From a bacterium (GTDB lineage: Bacteria > Hinthialibacterota > Hinthialibacteria > Hinthialibacterales > Hinthialibacteraceae), in contig CAXXMV010000006.1 of the NCBI GenBank assembly GCA_963662285.2, forward strand, positions 1,472,001 to 1,536,000: a DNA stretch of 64,000 nt. The letters are read 5' to 3'. Positions 1 through 8,950 of this stretch are shown here, piece by piece. Position 1 is the first letter of the stretch. Each line of letters opens with the position of its first letter. The notes beneath the pieces were generated by a model. The model made no database searches, was not told the origin of the DNA, and saw only the letters and a program-made list of their open reading frames with translations. The translations under genes and the position numbers were made by a program.

Positions 1-160
1 CATAAAGGAAGAAGCGGTTCGGATCATCCTCCGCTTTGAGCACATCGAAACACAGGTTGCCCGGTTCTTTGCGCGTGTTGCGGGCGTTATTCAGAGTGGC
101 CTGGATAAACTCTTCCGTGTTTTCCGGTTTAACGTGAATCGTAACGCATACTACATACAT
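1..160 (-). CDS. Antibiotic biosynthesis monooxygenase (ABM)/LsrG-like protein, 3' end outside window
   Basis: Hand translation from ATG at 160: MYVVCVTIHVKPENTEEFIQATLNNARNTRKEPGNLCFDVLKAEDDPNRFFLY, the ABM pattern (EPGN.xFDV...DP.RF.LYE). AGGAG SD upstream. Not in the ORF track. Confidence 0.8.
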   Translation of the reverse strand, partial: MYVVCVTIHVKPENTEEFIQATLNNARNTRKEPGNLCFDVLKAEDDPNRFFLY

Positions 161-234
161 AATTGAAATCTCCTGGTAATTATTTGTCTTGGTTCATTGG
201 TAGTGATAGGTCAGCCAATTGAAGCGCGTTATTC

Positions 235-320
235 CTCCCCCAAGCCTGGGGGAGGTTAGGTGGGGGTTGATCCGTCGAAGCGCAACCCCCCTCTAACTCC
301 CCCCAAACTTGGGGGGAGAA
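235..320. repeat. REP-like palindrome pair (CTCCCCCAAG..GGGGGAG family)
   Basis: Two inverted units CTCCCCCAAGCCTGGGGGAG and CTCCCCCCAAACTTGGGGGGAG. A related copy lies at about 41786-41827 and a weaker one at about 23121-23150. Confidence 0.7.
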
Positions 321-395
321 TTTTGACATGATCGCTTTGTATAAAGCATAGTTATTATGTTGTGACTTTATATGGCTGAACTGTTAGCATCGGGA

Positions 396-1166
396 TTATT
401 TGAGTTCCTTGATTTTGATATCTTTGAAGCGGATTTTTAGTTGATCGCCTTTATGGATTTGCAGGGCGATGAAGCCTTTTTGTCCGACATTCAATTTTTT
501 ATGGATCTCATCATTGAGGATGCCGTCGCCGTTGAAGTCAGTGATGATGACGCCGTTTAATTTCGCTGTAACTTTTAATCCTTCTACTTTAATTTCAAAA
601 TCATTCCAACCACTTTTTTCGTCGCTGTAGTAAAAAATGATGCCCGGCTTAGCCATGGATTCATTGACCCAGCCTTCAGCGAGATCGGGGAATATCCAAC
701 GCTGATTGCCGCGCGTCTCATCCCACATCATGCCGGTGCGCCAGAAGCCGCTGGGATGGATATCCACTTGCGGGCCATTGAGCCAGCCATCTTGATCATT
801 ATCATCGTAACGGCTCATAATTTGAACGCCGCTGTTGCCTTTGCAGTCTCTATAAGCCTGGAATTTTAAGCGCAGCACGAACTGAGAGTATTCTTTATCG
901 CTCATCAGCCACACGTAGTCATGACCCTTGTAATCCAGTGAATCGGCCAGAATGGTTCCCTGGTCAACTTTCCAGAATGGCTTTTCTTTGTCGGCTGCTT
1001 TGCACTTAACCGTCCAGCCGCTGAGGTCTTTGCCATTAAAAAGCGGCGTCCATTGCCCGGAATCCTCTTTTTCACTTGCAAGAGCATCTAAAGAGTACAG
1101 GCAAACCGCTAGAAGCAAAACGGATAGCAAGGCGCGTCTCATTAACAAACCGGTATTGATCTTCAT
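396..1166 (-). CDS. Secreted DUF1080 (3-keto-disaccharide hydrolase-like) protein
   Basis: Signal peptide, WTPLFNGKDLSGW, GNSGV, C-terminal GFIALQIH..IRFKDIKIKEL. Confidence 0.88.
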   Translation of the reverse strand: MKINTGLLMRRALLSVLLLAVCLYSLDALASEKEDSGQWTPLFNGKDLSGWTVKCKAADKEKPFWKVDQGTILADSLDYKGHDYVWLMSDKEYSQFVLRLKFQAYRDCKGNSGVQIMSRYDDNDQDGWLNGPQVDIHPSGFWRTGMMWDETRGNQRWIFPDLAEGWVNESMAKPGIIFYYSDEKSGWNDFEIKVEGLKVTAKLNGVIITDFNGDGILNDEIHKKLNVGQKGFIALQIHKGDQLKIRFKDIKIKELK

Positions 1167-1636
1167 TGGGTTTTCCTTTTGAAATATATCTTTGTTAAGT
1201 AAATCTCATGAAAGGATACATCATCAGTGAGTTAAGAATCAAGCGAATGGCGTGAAACAGTTAAGGAGAGATGTGTGGCAAGCATGAGCAAGGAGGCGGG
1301 GGATTTGAAATATCTATTGACATTACTCTCAAAATATGATTTTTCTTAAAAAGGATGAAATATCTTTAGCCAATAGTTCAAACGCCAATAACAATCCTTA
1401 AATTTCATTCATCAACATTCTTTTTGTGTAAGTTAAGTTATCATAGTTGTTTTATGGTAAGTAATGATGATTAAGTAGAGTAATATTGGATCGAATTACC
1501 GGAATAATATACGCCATTTCCTTGAGTGCCGTTGCATTTGGAGTGATTTTTTTGATAGTATTACTTTATCCAATAATTTGAAAATCTGTATTAAAAACAC
1601 GAAAAGGGGCTGTTTCCCTAAAAAGGAGGAAACAAA

Positions 1637-2956
1637 ATGTCAATGTTAAAATCAATCCTTGCCGAGCGGATTCCTAAATTTCGGGAAGCACGGCAACGTA
1701 TTGCGAAGACTTATGGAAATTTGAAGGTTTGTGAAGTATCAGTCGGTCAGATATATGGAGGTTTGCGCGGTGTTCGTGGACTTATATGCAACACTTCATC
1801 TGTTGAACCTGATCAGGGGTTGAGAATTAGAGATATTCCGATCAAGGAACTCACAGATAAACTGCCTGAAGAAATTCTATTCCTTTTATTATCCGGTTCA
1901 TTGCCGGACGCCGAGCAATTGAAAGACTTGCAGAATGACCTGTCCAGCAGATGCAAGGTTCCCGCTTATGTGGTGGATGTGTTAAAAGCCATGCCTTCCG
2001 ATTCGCATCCCATGGCTATGTTCAACACCGCCATTCTGGTGATGCAGGGTGAATCGATATTCGCCAAGAAATATGAAGAAGGTATACCTAAGTTAGAATT
2101 ATGGGATCCCGCTTTTGAAGACGCAATGAACATCCTTGCAAAATTGCCCGCAATCGCCGGTTATGTATATCGGTTGCGATTCAATAAGGGTGAACTGATT
2201 GAACCAGATCCTTCTCTGGATTGGGGCGCCAACCTGGTTCGTACGCTTGGACTACCCGATTCAAATGGTATGTTCACCAAATTGATGCAACTATATCTTA
2301 CGCTTCATTCAGATCATGAAGGCGGTAACGTCAGCGCTTTCACCAGCCGCGTAGTCGGATCGGCTTTATCTGATGCATATTATTCGTTGTCTGCTGGTTT
2401 GAATGGTCTGGCTGGACCGTTGCACGGATTGGCCAACCAGGAATGTTTACGTTGGGTGGCTATGCTGCGCGACAAGTTCGGTGGAGTTCCTTCTGATGAA
2501 GAATTACGTGAATTCGCATGGGAAACTCTTAATAGCGGACAGGTTATTCCCGGCTATGGTCATGCTGTGCTGCGCGTAACCGATCCGCGTTATGATGCAT
2601 TCCTCGAATTTGGAAGAAAACATTGCATGGATGATGAAATTTTCCAACTGGTTTCTAAAATATTTGATATCGTTCCCGATGTTCTTAAGCAAGTTAAGAA
2701 AATTAGCGATCCCTGGCCCAATGTAGATGCTGGATCAGGCGCCTTGCTGAATCATTATGGTCTAGTGGAATATCCGTATTATACAGTATTGTTCAGCGTG
2801 TCGCGTGCGATGGGCATTTTGGCGCAATTCGTTCTGGCTCGCGGCGTCGGAAGACCGATCACCAGACCTAAATCAGTTACAATCAAATGGATGATGGATT
2901 TTATAGAAAAAGAGACTGGCGACAAAATTGATCGCGGCATCTATGGCGAAATTTAG
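1637..2956 (+). CDS. gltA: Citrate (Si)-synthase, eukaryote-like type
   Basis: HSDHEGGNVSA, GLAGPLHGLANQE, IPGYGHAVLR, WPNVDA motifs. Strong AGGAGG SD. Confidence 0.95.
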   Translation: MSMLKSILAERIPKFREARQRIAKTYGNLKVCEVSVGQIYGGLRGVRGLICNTSSVEPDQGLRIRDIPIKELTDKLPEEILFLLLSGSLPDAEQLKDLQNDLSSRCKVPAYVVDVLKAMPSDSHPMAMFNTAILVMQGESIFAKKYEEGIPKLELWDPAFEDAMNILAKLPAIAGYVYRLRFNKGELIEPDPSLDWGANLVRTLGLPDSNGMFTKLMQLYLTLHSDHEGGNVSAFTSRVVGSALSDAYYSLSAGLNGLAGPLHGLANQECLRWVAMLRDKFGGVPSDEELREFAWETLNSGQVIPGYGHAVLRVTDPRYDAFLEFGRKHCMDDEIFQLVSKIFDIVPDVLKQVKKISDPWPNVDAGSGALLNHYGLVEYPYYTVLFSVSRAMGILAQFVLARGVGRPITRPKSVTIKWMMDFIEKETGDKIDRGIYGEI

Positions 2957-3017
2957 AGGGGTTATGTCTGGAGTGGTTGCGGATTAGCGCTCACCCAACC
3001 ACGAGTGAATAAATCCC

Positions 3018-3212
3018 GTAGGGGTACCTTGTGGTTGCCCGGTTCCAGATTTTCCCATGTTAGGGTTGCTCGTAGGGGCAATCCCTCGTGGTTGCCCGGT
3101 TCCAGATTTTCCCATGTTAGGGTTGCTCGTAGGGGCAATCCCTCGTGGTTGCCCGGTTCCAGATTCTCCCTTGTGAGAGGTAGCCCGTAGGGGCAATCTC
3201 TTGTGGTTGTCC
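3018..3212 (+). repeat. Tandem array of four GTAG-REP-like units (period 54-58 bp)
   Basis: GTAGGGGCAATCCCTCGTGGTTGCCC-type hairpins start at 3018, 3072, 3129 and 3187, with near-identical linkers GGTTCCAGATTTTCCCATGTTAGGGTTGCTC. Confidence 0.85.
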
Positions 3213-3237
3213 GCCTTAGTAACCAATGAATAAAGAT

Positions 3238-3268
3238 AAGAAGCGGCCTGTTATGGGCCGCTTCTTTC
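3238..3268 (+). terminator. Intrinsic terminator after gltA and the REP array
   Basis: AAGAAGCGGCC-loop-GGCCGCTTCTT hairpin. Confidence 0.6.
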
Positions 3269-3308
3269 ACTTAAGTAGATAAAACTTGCCAAAAAAATGA
3301 ATATCCCC

Positions 3309-3336
3309 TTGCGAAAAGTTAGGCAAGCCGTAAAAT
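3309..3336 (+). promoter_or_regulatory. sigma70-type promoter with an overlapping DtxR-family box
   Basis: TTGCGA-N16-TAAAAT with TTAGGCAAGCCGTAA (3319-3333) between the hexamers, upstream of the DtxR-family gene. Confidence 0.55.
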
Positions 3337-3381
3337 ATAAGGTGTGACGAGTATGTTGAGTGGATACTAGAAACTATAATT

Positions 3382-3906
3382 ATGACAAATACCAAAACTC
3401 TTAGCGAAAGTCTTGAAGATTATCTGGAAGCCATTTTCCACATTGTGGATAAAAAACAGGCCGCCAGAGCTAAAGATATCGCATTGCGTATGAATGTTAA
3501 GAGTTCGTCCGTTACAGGGGCGCTGCATGCGCTCTCTGAAAAAGGTTTGATCAATTACGCACCGTATGACCTGATTACCTTGACTGTTGAAGGAACCAAA
3601 AAAGCTGATAATGTAGTGCGGCGCCATCGCGCGTTACGTGACTTCTTCGTCAAGGTTCTTTCGGTTGGAGAAAAAGAATCTGAAGAAGCTGCATGCAAGA
3701 TGGAACATGGCGTATCACCCAATATTTTGAAGCGCTTTCGTGAATTTATTGGATTTATTGAAAGATGCCCGCGAATGAACATTCATTGGACTGAAGGAAG
3801 AGGTTATCATTGCGAGCATGGTGACCTGGTCGTCAATTGCGAAAAATGTATATCCCTATGTTTGAAAGACCTGAAAGTTGGAAAGGACAAAGCAGAGTGC
3901 AATTAA
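3382..3906 (+). CDS. DtxR/MntR-family metal-dependent transcriptional repressor
   Basis: SLEDYLEAI, HTH, RRHRAL, EAACKMEH metal-site motifs, and a Cys-rich C-terminal tail. Confidence 0.92.
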   Translation: MTNTKTLSESLEDYLEAIFHIVDKKQAARAKDIALRMNVKSSSVTGALHALSEKGLINYAPYDLITLTVEGTKKADNVVRRHRALRDFFVKVLSVGEKESEEAACKMEHGVSPNILKRFREFIGFIERCPRMNIHWTEGRGYHCEHGDLVVNCEKCISLCLKDLKVGKDKAECN

Positions 3907-3926
3907 GCGCTCTCAATGTGATCCCT

Positions 3927-4166
3927 ATGGTAACACCCAATACAACCAAAATGCCTTTAGCCATGGTGGAAACTGGAAGAGTAGTGCGACTGGTTGAAAT
4001 AACCGCCGGAAAAAATCTCAAGACTCGCCTGGCAGATATGGGACTGTATCCTGGTATGGAATTTACTGTCATAAAGAATACAATGGGCGGACCATTTATT
4101 ATTGCTGTAAAAGAGAGCCGCATAGCTATTGGTCGAGGTATGGCTCAGAAAATCATGGTAGAATAA
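3927..4166 (+). CDS. feoA: Ferrous iron transport protein A
   Basis: RLADMGLYPG...GPFII.V..SRIAIGRGMAQKIMVE. Start moved to the ATG at 3927 (3951 also possible) to avoid overlap with the upstream gene. Confidence 0.9.
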   Translation: MVTPNTTKMPLAMVETGRVVRLVEITAGKNLKTRLADMGLYPGMEFTVIKNTMGGPFIIAVKESRIAIGRGMAQKIMVE

Positions 4167-4196
4167 TTTAAAATATCAATATAAGAAGAGTTTTTT

Positions 4197-4225
4197 TTGG
4201 ATAAAAAGTTAGGTGCTCCTAAAAT
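4197..4225 (+). promoter_or_regulatory. Internal promoter with DtxR-family box before feoB
   Basis: TTGGAT-N17-TAAAAT enclosing the palindrome TTAGGTGCTCCTAA (4209-4222). Same AAAAG/AAATATA flanks as the box at 3319. Confidence 0.65.
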
Positions 4226-4240
4226 ATATAGGAGAGCCAA

Positions 4241-6790
4241 ATGAGAAAGAATAAAATGTCTTCAAAAATAAACAAAATAACTATTGCCTTAGTCGGGAAT
4301 CCAAACTCAGGCAAAACCACAATTTTCAATAAAATAACTGGCGAGCGCCAGCATGTTGGTAATTATGCAGGCGTTACGGTCGAAAAAAAAGATGGTTATT
4401 GTGAACATAAAGGGGTGAATATCCATGTAGTCGATCTGCCTGGAACATACAGTTTAACGGCATTTTCTCTCGAAGAGTTGGTAGCCCGGAACTTCATTAT
4501 TGATGAAAAGCCGGATGTGATTGTTGATATCCTTGATGCATCAAATATCGAACGGAATCTTTATCTTGCAACTCAATTGATGGAACTCAACGTCCCGCTG
4601 GTTCTGGCGCTTAATATGAGCGATACGGCGAAATTGCGCGGGATAGAGTTTGACCTGAAGCTTTTGTCTGATCTGCTTGGAAGCCCAATCGTTACTACAA
4701 TTGGCCATAAAGGCAAAGGGATCAATGAACTGCTGGATGCAGTGATATCTGTCGCAGAAGACGAGAATAGGGCGCCTGGCATCCAGATGAATTTAGGACG
4801 CGATATTGAGAAGCACATCAATAAGATTCAGGGATTGATTGAACGTGAACAAAAACTGACTGAGAAATGCAGTCCCCGATGGCTGGCCATAAAATTATTG
4901 GAAAATGATAAGGAAATCCACCAGGAAAACTGGCCTGATGATATTATTCAGGCAACCGAAAAAGCAGTCAGGCGTATTGAAGAAGTGCTGGGCGATTCGC
5001 CTGAAATTATTATCGCCGATAAAAGATATGGCATCATCTCCGGCGCCTGTCAGGAAGCTGTCCGCCTGACCGTCGAAGCGCGTCATACTTATTCAGATAA
5101 AATAGATGAAGTTCTCACCAATAGGATACTAGGTTTGCCGATATTCTTCATCATGATGTATATCGTTTTCCAGTTAACCTTCGCTTTTGGTGAAATCCCC
5201 ATGGGGTGGATAGAAAACGGCTTCGCTTTTCTGGGTGACTCGATAAGTTACCTATGGCCTAATGGATCTGATAGCCTTTTGCTTTCATTGCTGGTAGATG
5301 GAATTATCGGCGGGGTTGGCGGCGTTATCGTCTTTGTTCCCAACATATTTCTGCTCTTCATGGCCATAGCCATTTTGGAAGATACCGGTTATATGGCGCG
5401 GGCGGCGTTTAATATGGATCGTTTGATGCATAAAATCGGCCTGCATGGCAAGAGTTTTATACCTATGCTGGTCGGATTCGGCTGTTCGGTTCCGGCGATT
5501 ATGGCAACCCGCACCCTGGAAAACCGCCGCGACCGCTTGATTACTATGATGATTGTTCCATTGATGAGTTGCGGCGCCCGGTTGCCCATATACACTTTGA
5601 TTATTCCCGCTTTTTTCCCACAGGTATGGCAGGCGCCGATTCTCTGGTTGATCTATTTGATTGGAATTATGGTTGCCATTGGTGTGGCTAAACTGCTGCG
5701 TATTGCTGTTTTTAAGGGAGAAAGCAGCGCCTTCGTTATGGAACTGCCGCCCTACCGCATCCCCACTCTTAAAGGCGTCATGGTTCATGTGTGGGAGCGT
5801 ACATGGTTATACCTCCGTAAAGCGGGCACTGTCATTCTGGCCATCTCAATTGTAATGTGGGCTTTATCAACCTTCCCTCAAAAAACGGTTTATGACCATG
5901 ATTATGATGCCATTACAGAACAATCCACCAATGATTATTTATCCGCTATCAGAGGTCTTAATCCACTACTTGATATATCGCCTCAATCTACGGTTCTGGT
6001 AGATGCGCTTCACGCTGAATATAACATGATTGAAGAACAACAGGCGTTTCACCCGTTTGAAACGGGATTTGAAATGGCGGAGCAAAAGAAGAATAAAACC
6101 ATTGATCGACTGGTTCAGTCTGAAGAAGGAAAGAAATTAGCCGTTTTTCTTGAAATGATCGAACAGATATCAGTAGTTAGAAATAATTTTGATGCATCCA
6201 TCGAGCAAAATGAATTGGAAACAGGCACTACGAAATATTTATTGTTTGATCAGGAGAAAGATCATACTTTGGAAGCAATTGAAAAATCCAATCCGGTAAT
6301 ATATCAAGCCGCTGTTAAATACATAGATGATATCAAATCTCCATACGATGAGAAAATGTCTGAGATCAATCAATTAATTCACTCGGAGCAAATGACCTAT
6401 TCTATTGCAGGTCGCATCGGCAAGGGTATAGAACCGGTTTTGAAGCCGCTGGGCTTCGATTGGAAAATAGGAACCGCACTAATAGGGGCTTTCGCCGCCA
6501 AAGAAGTATTCGTGGCTCAATTGGGTATTGTCTATTCGTTGGGAGAGACCGATGCAAAATCTGATGCGTTGCGTCAGAAACTACAGAAAGATTTCACGCC
6601 CTTAGCGGCTTTCTGTATTATGATATTTTGCTTGATCAGTGCGCCATGCATGGCCACCATAGCAACCACCAGGCAGGAAAGTGGTTCCTGGAAATGGGCT
6701 ATGCTGCAGTTAGGTGGATTGACTCTGATAGCCTATATTCTCACCTTGGTTATCTATCAGTCCGGTTTATTATTTGGAATAGGAATCTAA
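4241..6790 (+). CDS. feoB: Ferrous iron transporter FeoB
   Basis: GNPNSGKT, VGNYAGVTVE, DLPGTYSL, LEDTGYMARAA, GFGCSVPA, MELPPYR motifs. Confidence 0.97.
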   Translation: MRKNKMSSKINKITIALVGNPNSGKTTIFNKITGERQHVGNYAGVTVEKKDGYCEHKGVNIHVVDLPGTYSLTAFSLEELVARNFIIDEKPDVIVDILDASNIERNLYLATQLMELNVPLVLALNMSDTAKLRGIEFDLKLLSDLLGSPIVTTIGHKGKGINELLDAVISVAEDENRAPGIQMNLGRDIEKHINKIQGLIEREQKLTEKCSPRWLAIKLLENDKEIHQENWPDDIIQATEKAVRRIEEVLGDSPEIIIADKRYGIISGACQEAVRLTVEARHTYSDKIDEVLTNRILGLPIFFIMMYIVFQLTFAFGEIPMGWIENGFAFLGDSISYLWPNGSDSLLLSLLVDGIIGGVGGVIVFVPNIFLLFMAIAILEDTGYMARAAFNMDRLMHKIGLHGKSFIPMLVGFGCSVPAIMATRTLENRRDRLITMMIVPLMSCGARLPIYTLIIPAFFPQVWQAPILWLIYLIGIMVAIGVAKLLRIAVFKGESSAFVMELPPYRIPTLKGVMVHVWERTWLYLRKAGTVILAISIVMWALSTFPQKTVYDHDYDAITEQSTNDYLSAIRGLNPLLDISPQSTVLVDALHAEYNMIEEQQAFHPFETGFEMAEQKKNKTIDRLVQSEEGKKLAVFLEMIEQISVVRNNFDASIEQNELETGTTKYLLFDQEKDHTLEAIEKSNPVIYQAAVKYIDDIKSPYDEKMSEINQLIHSEQMTYSIAGRIGKGIEPVLKPLGFDWKIGTALIGAFAAKEVFVAQLGIVYSLGETDAKSDALRQKLQKDFTPLAAFCIMIFCLISAPCMATIATTRQESGSWKWAMLQLGGLTLIAYILTLVIYQSGLLFGIGI

Positions 6791-6803
6791 AAGGAAATCT
6801 ATC

Positions 6804-7001
6804 ATGTTTGAAAACATCATTGTTTTTATTATAATCTGCATCGCAGGATTTTTTGTAAGCCGTTCGTTAAGGAAATCCTTATCCGCCAAAGGTGGAGGAT
6901 GTAATTGCGGACAAGGCGGCGAAGGTTGCAGCGGGCAATCATGCTGCGATTCTTCTCAAGAAACTATTAGTATTAGTAACAATAAAGATCAAAAGAAATA
7001 A
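6804..7001 (+). CDS. FeoB-associated Cys-rich membrane protein
   Basis: N-terminal TM helix then GGGCNCG...GCSG.SCC, directly after feoB. Confidence 0.85.
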   Translation: MFENIIVFIIICIAGFFVSRSLRKSLSAKGGGCNCGQGGEGCSGQSCCDSSQETISISNNKDQKK

Positions 7002-7042
7002 AGATTGCAATTTGTTTTTCGACTTCACAGGTTTATATCTCT

Positions 7043-8782
7043 ATGCCAAGACTAAGTCGAACCAATAGGATTGAAAGTTTCATATTAGGCCTTTTACTTT
7101 GGTTGGGGATTTTTTGCGTTAACTCTTATGCATTGGAAATTGCTTATAAAATCTCGATGCCTAATCCTGCTGATCACTATTTTATTGTTCAGATAGATAT
7201 CTCAGGTATTGAGACTGATTCACTCGATCTTCAAATGCCCGCCTGGTCTCCCGGACATTATCAGATTTTCGATTTCTCCCGTAACATAAGCCGTTTTTCC
7301 GCCCAAGCGAATGGAAACTCTCTTCCATTCAATAAAACAGATAAACTAACCTGGAATATTCAGATGCTTGGCGCCTCTCAAGCAACCGTTAAATATCGAG
7401 TTTTCAGCGATAACCTGACCGGAGAATTATCTCAACTCAATGATTTTCATGCTTTCCTGATTGGCGCCAGCCTGTATATGTATGTGGTTGATCATCAAGA
7501 CAATCCAGTATCTTTGGATATCGAGCCTTATCCGGGGTGGCATATTTTATCCAGCGCCGGTGAAATCGGTCAGAGGCATTTTGAGTTTCCCCATTACGAC
7601 CGGATGATAGACGAATTGGTTCAAATGGGTGAATTCATTGTGGATCGTTTCACTATTGCCAATACAGAATATCGCGTCTGCATCGCTAACACCGGAAGCG
7701 GGGAAAGACGGTTGGAGTTGGTTGAAACGCTTCGCGTACTTCAACAGTACGCCGTCGAAATGTTAGGCCCCATAGATAATGACATCTATACTTTCTTCTG
7801 GCATTTTTTCCCTGATTCAAATTACAGCGCCGCGATGGAGCATATGAACTGCTGTCAGATGACCCGTAGACATGCCTTGAATGATCAAACGCCAAATATG
7901 GATATGACCATCTGGGTGGCTGCTCATGAGTTAAGCCACACATGGAACGTTAAACGGCTTCGTCCTCAAGGTTTGGGGCCGTTCGATTACACCAAAGAAG
8001 TTTACACGGATCTTTTATGGTTTGCCGAAGGGTGCACCAGTTATCTGGCTGATCTGATCATGGTGCGATCCGGCGTTTGGAACAAAGAAGAATTTTATGA
8101 TCAATTCGCTGATCAAATGACGAATTTCCGTAATTCAACGGGAATTTATGAACGCAGTCCTGAGCAGGCAGGTTTTGATAACTGGCTGATTCCAAATAAT
8201 GATAAGTATAAAACTGATTGGTATAGTAATTGGACCAGTTATTATATATCCGGCGAGTTGCTAGGCATGTGCATTGATCTGGAAATCCGCCGCTTAACCG
8301 GCAATCAGAAGAATTTTGATGATTTCTTTTTGCTCTTATATAACCGCGCTTACCTGCAAGCGGAAGCGGAATCTTATTATGCTCCAGGACGCGGCTATAC
8401 CACCAGCGACCTTCTGCAAGCGCTGCATGATACAACCAATACTTCCTGGGATTTATTTTATTCTGATTATATCGCCTCTTCCGGCGATATTCCTTTCGAG
8501 CAATTTTTGGCTTACGCAGGATTGGAACTGATTGATATTAATAACGAAGTCTCAGCCAACTTTTATCAGTCATCAGCTGATTTTGAAGCATACCCGGATA
8601 TTTATCTTAATCAAAAAAAATTCTTCATAGAAAGCGATACGCTCTCTTCAGTGGATATCCAGAATGAAATTAGGATTTACAAAATTATCGAATCAGATGA
8701 CGCATCGCCGTTAGCTTTAGAAATACGGCAAGATTGGCTCCAACCTCAACATACAACCTCTCTCGAATGGATGCATTACTAG
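7043..8782 (+). CDS. M61-family (glycyl aminopeptidase-like) metallopeptidase, secreted
   Basis: MPAWSPG.Y, AMEH, AHELSHTWNVKRLRP, LWFAEG.TSY. No clear PDZ domain. Confidence 0.9.
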   Translation: MPRLSRTNRIESFILGLLLWLGIFCVNSYALEIAYKISMPNPADHYFIVQIDISGIETDSLDLQMPAWSPGHYQIFDFSRNISRFSAQANGNSLPFNKTDKLTWNIQMLGASQATVKYRVFSDNLTGELSQLNDFHAFLIGASLYMYVVDHQDNPVSLDIEPYPGWHILSSAGEIGQRHFEFPHYDRMIDELVQMGEFIVDRFTIANTEYRVCIANTGSGERRLELVETLRVLQQYAVEMLGPIDNDIYTFFWHFFPDSNYSAAMEHMNCCQMTRRHALNDQTPNMDMTIWVAAHELSHTWNVKRLRPQGLGPFDYTKEVYTDLLWFAEGCTSYLADLIMVRSGVWNKEEFYDQFADQMTNFRNSTGIYERSPEQAGFDNWLIPNNDKYKTDWYSNWTSYYISGELLGMCIDLEIRRLTGNQKNFDDFFLLLYNRAYLQAEAESYYAPGRGYTTSDLLQALHDTTNTSWDLFYSDYIASSGDIPFEQFLAYAGLELIDINNEVSANFYQSSADFEAYPDIYLNQKKFFIESDTLSSVDIQNEIRIYKIIESDDASPLALEIRQDWLQPQHTTSLEWMHY

Positions 8783-8950
8783 CAAAATACCTTAAATACC
8801 ATTAATCTGCTTTTATTCCAATGATTTTACAAAGATAAGCCCAAAAACAATGGTTTAAGACAAATTTCATTTTTAATTGACTATAATATTAGTAGTTGGA
8901 AAACTCAAAAAAACTGACAACATATTCGCATTTCTTCTCGTTAATATTAG

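Noticed and set aside
3018-3212. CRISPR array
   Set aside because: The intervening sequences are near-identical rather than unique spacers, the units start with the GTAG REP foot, and there are no cas genes.
2962-3270. Short ORFs on both strands over the repeat array
   Set aside because: Their repetitive translations are by-products of the REP units, with no SD and no recognisable domain.
3837-3926. N-terminal extension of feoA in the ORF track
   Set aside because: It overlaps the DtxR gene by 70 bp, and FeoA similarity begins near 3927-3951.
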